Source: Octopus sinensis
Taxonomy: Eukaryota
DNA: 64,000 nt
Assembly (NCBI RefSeq): GCF_006345805.1
Contig: NC_042998.1
Span: 108,996,001-109,060,000 of the forward strand
Reading direction: 5' to 3'
Part shown: in pieces, positions 61,700 to 64,000 of the stretch
Layout of the letters: each line of letters begins with the position of its first letter
Numbering within the stretch: position 1 is the stretch's first letter
Notes under the pieces: generated by a model
Database searches by the model: none
What the model was told of the DNA's origin: nothing
The model's input: only the letters and a program-made list of their open reading frames with translations
Position numbers and translations under genes: made by a program

Positions 61700-62940
61700 C
61701 AAATTATGTTTGCAGCTGCTTTTCATTACTTACACAATTCTTCATTATTGCTCGTGGCTGATTTTATATGGCTTGTATCACCAGATAGAGAATCTGGCAC
61801 ATTTGTCAAAGGAACTCACTCAAAACAATATTGGACAAGTGAAGCCTTTCAATATGAAAATGATACCCCACTATTGTGTCTGAACTTCCGTATAAATTTA
61901 TATAAGCATATAGATCAGCTGACTTATCGTTATTATATTCAAGTTCTTAGTGACGATTTGAATTGGAAAACAGGATAATATACAGGAAAAACAATAATAA
62001 TAAAAAGTGGAATCTCTGGAAAAATTCCTTTCCAGAGGTCTTGTTAGATTACCCTTAATATATTTAACCCTTATATTTGATTCTAATTCAGGTATGCTGG
62101 CTTTCAAAAATTTGAACAATCTTCAATGTGATAATTTGAAAATACTCAGTGATTTTGTAATCCAGGGATATGTTCAATTTTTTCTTGTATTACTATTGAT
62201 ATGGTTATTACTTGTAATATTCAACCACGTTACCCTTTCCTGAGAATTTTTTTTCCCTGATAGTAGATTATTTATTTCAAATATATTTAAACACTCCTTA
62301 TAAGTGTTGTATGATGTTAGATATGAAAAGGCATGTAACACTCCTATAATTTCAAGGGATTCTTTGAAATCTCTTATTCGGGAAATAAAATATTGTTTTC
62401 TATTATGTTTAAGATTGGTTGCTTTCGGTTTTGCTAAAGTTTTTAATAAATATTGTATGCAAGCTATGACCGTGTTTAATGCAGAAGTCCTGAAATTTAT
62501 CTATATAATCTGATTTTCTTTCTATTTCCTGTCCAATTTGTCCTACTGTGTTTTATATTTATGTTTGTGTGATACACAACAAATTTTCTATTTCCTTTCT
62601 TCGATTAAGTAATTTCTTTTATGCAAAGTTTATTGGGTTTTTCCCCAGATCTTTCAGCAAGATTCTAACATTTCTTCTATTGTTTGAAGGGAATCTACTC
62701 TAAAATTGTGTTGTTTAACTTATTGTTTTTATTTATCTTCCAAGAACATTTTTATTTTACTTATGTTGCTTCATTTTTTTTACAAAATTTATACTCTTTT
62801 CACCATTACCAGAATAAAATTTCTTATCATCTCATCAAGTTCATCTTTGATTTTATAAATTTTACAAAGGGTTGCTTCTACTTTCATTTTATCTTTTCTT
62901 TCTTTCTTTCTTTTTCTTTCTCTTAAAATTTCCTCATCTT
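61700..62940 (-). mobile_element. RT region of the same R4/Dong-type LINE (degraded), 5' end at the (TAA)n array
   Basis: In correct order on the minus strand: NFRTSALNT (cf. NYRPITCLNT, about 62480), GIF-x-GDS (about 62020), ISQLIYM (cf. ISHLLYMDD, about 61910) and FDKCA (cf. GLDKCA, 61796-61810). Confidence 0.65.
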
Positions 62941-62944
62941 TGTC

Positions 62945-63011
<67 letters not shown>

Positions 63012-63035
63012 TTATTATTATTATTAATATTATTA

Positions 63036-63078
<43 letters not shown>

Positions 63079-63260
63079 CATCATCATCATCATCATCATC
63101 ATATTATTATTATTATTATATTATTATTATTATTATTACTATTATTATTATCATCATTATTATCATTATTATTATTATTATTATCATTATTATTATTATT
63201 GTTCTTATTATTATTATCATTATTAATAGTATTATTATTATTATTATTATTATTATTGCT
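62945..63260. repeat. (AAT)n followed by (ATT)n/(ATC)n compound microsatellite
   Basis: About 21 AAT units, switching at about 63010 to ATT-type units. Confidence 0.95.
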
Positions 63261-63930
63261 GTTGGTATTGTTGCTGCTGCAGTTTTTATTGCTATTGTAT
63301 TTGTAGTGTTATTTGCTATAGCGAATTACGCACACACTTACACACATCTTCCTCACTATAGACAAAGCAAAAACAACTATTTTTGAAAGTTGCTGTTTAT
63401 GATGTCCATATGCGTGTATGTGTGTGTGTAGGGGGCGTAGATGTTTGTATTTGTGTGTTTGTGTATGTGAATGTTGATATAGATAGTATAGCCCTCCCTC
63501 TTTTTGTAACTCTGTTTTCCTTCCTATAGAGATATGATATTTGCTTTACCTAAAGTTACTTTTCGAGAAAAAAAATTATTCAAGATTTGAGAGATCACAT
63601 GATATCTTTGTTATATTTTTCATTGATGTTCTTTACTACTTTGAGTTCATTCTAGCAATATTAGTAATTTAGTTTTATAATTTTTAATGTTTTTCTGATA
63701 CCTCCATTTCATAATACAATACATGAAATATATGAATCGCATATGAAGCTCCTACACGGAGCCAAATATCTCTCAAAAATGACGGCTACGGTCTTTAAGA
63801 TATATGAACATATTGGAAAGTATGCGTCTAAAAAAGGACAGTATGTTCACAGTTGAAACATATTTAGTCACATATCTACTTGATCAAGGCTGACCTGAGA
63901 ATAAACAACTATAACATGAAATATAGTACA

Positions 63931-64000
63931 TGGCTCAGTGGTTAAAGTGCCGAGCTTACGATCGTTTGGTTTTGAGTTCGAATCCTGGACCAGGCTGTTC
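63931..64000 (+). mobile_element. tRNA-derived SINE head (runs off the window end)
   Basis: A box TGGCTCAGTGG (63931-63941) and B box GAGTTCGAATCC (63974-63985); the rest does not fold as a canonical tRNA. Confidence 0.6.

Noticed and set aside
63931-64000. Possible tRNA gene
   Set aside because: A and B boxes are present, but the acceptor and anticodon stems do not pair properly; a SINE head is more likely and the sequence is cut by the window end.

Overview
This is AT-rich, microsatellite-dense eukaryotic genomic DNA, and I can find no recognisable host protein-coding gene in it. The SINE families and repeat landscape look like an octopus/cephalopod genome; that is an inference from pattern recognition, not a database result. 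Almost all ORFs in the supplied track are artefacts of simple repeats or antisense to transposon genes. The main content is as follows. (1) A very young, full-length Ty3/Gypsy LTR retrotransposon of the CsRn1/Kabuki type on the minus strand (5715-11323). Its LTRs differ by one indel, it has a tRNA-Trp PBS, a UUUAAAC -1 frameshift site between gag and pol, and two single-base frameshifts in pol. Its downstream end runs 34 bp past the 3' LTR, duplicating the PBS and leader. (2) This element sits inside the (ACTCTTTT)n tail of a 5'-truncated CR1/L2-group LINE, which itself sits in a (TA)n tract. The LINE's 3' stem-loop and tail are shared with the abundant tRNA-derived SINE (at least 6 copies here). 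(3) Many Penelope-like element (PLE) remnants and fold-back structures, several with type I hammerhead ribozyme motifs; two have an intact catalytic core (41486-41572 minus, 28795-28839 plus). (4) R4/Dong-type LINE remnants abutting (TAA)n arrays, five or six decayed mariner elements, a non-autonomous Helitron, an RTE fragment, and two degenerate minisatellites. Boundaries of degraded elements are approximate (tens of bp).
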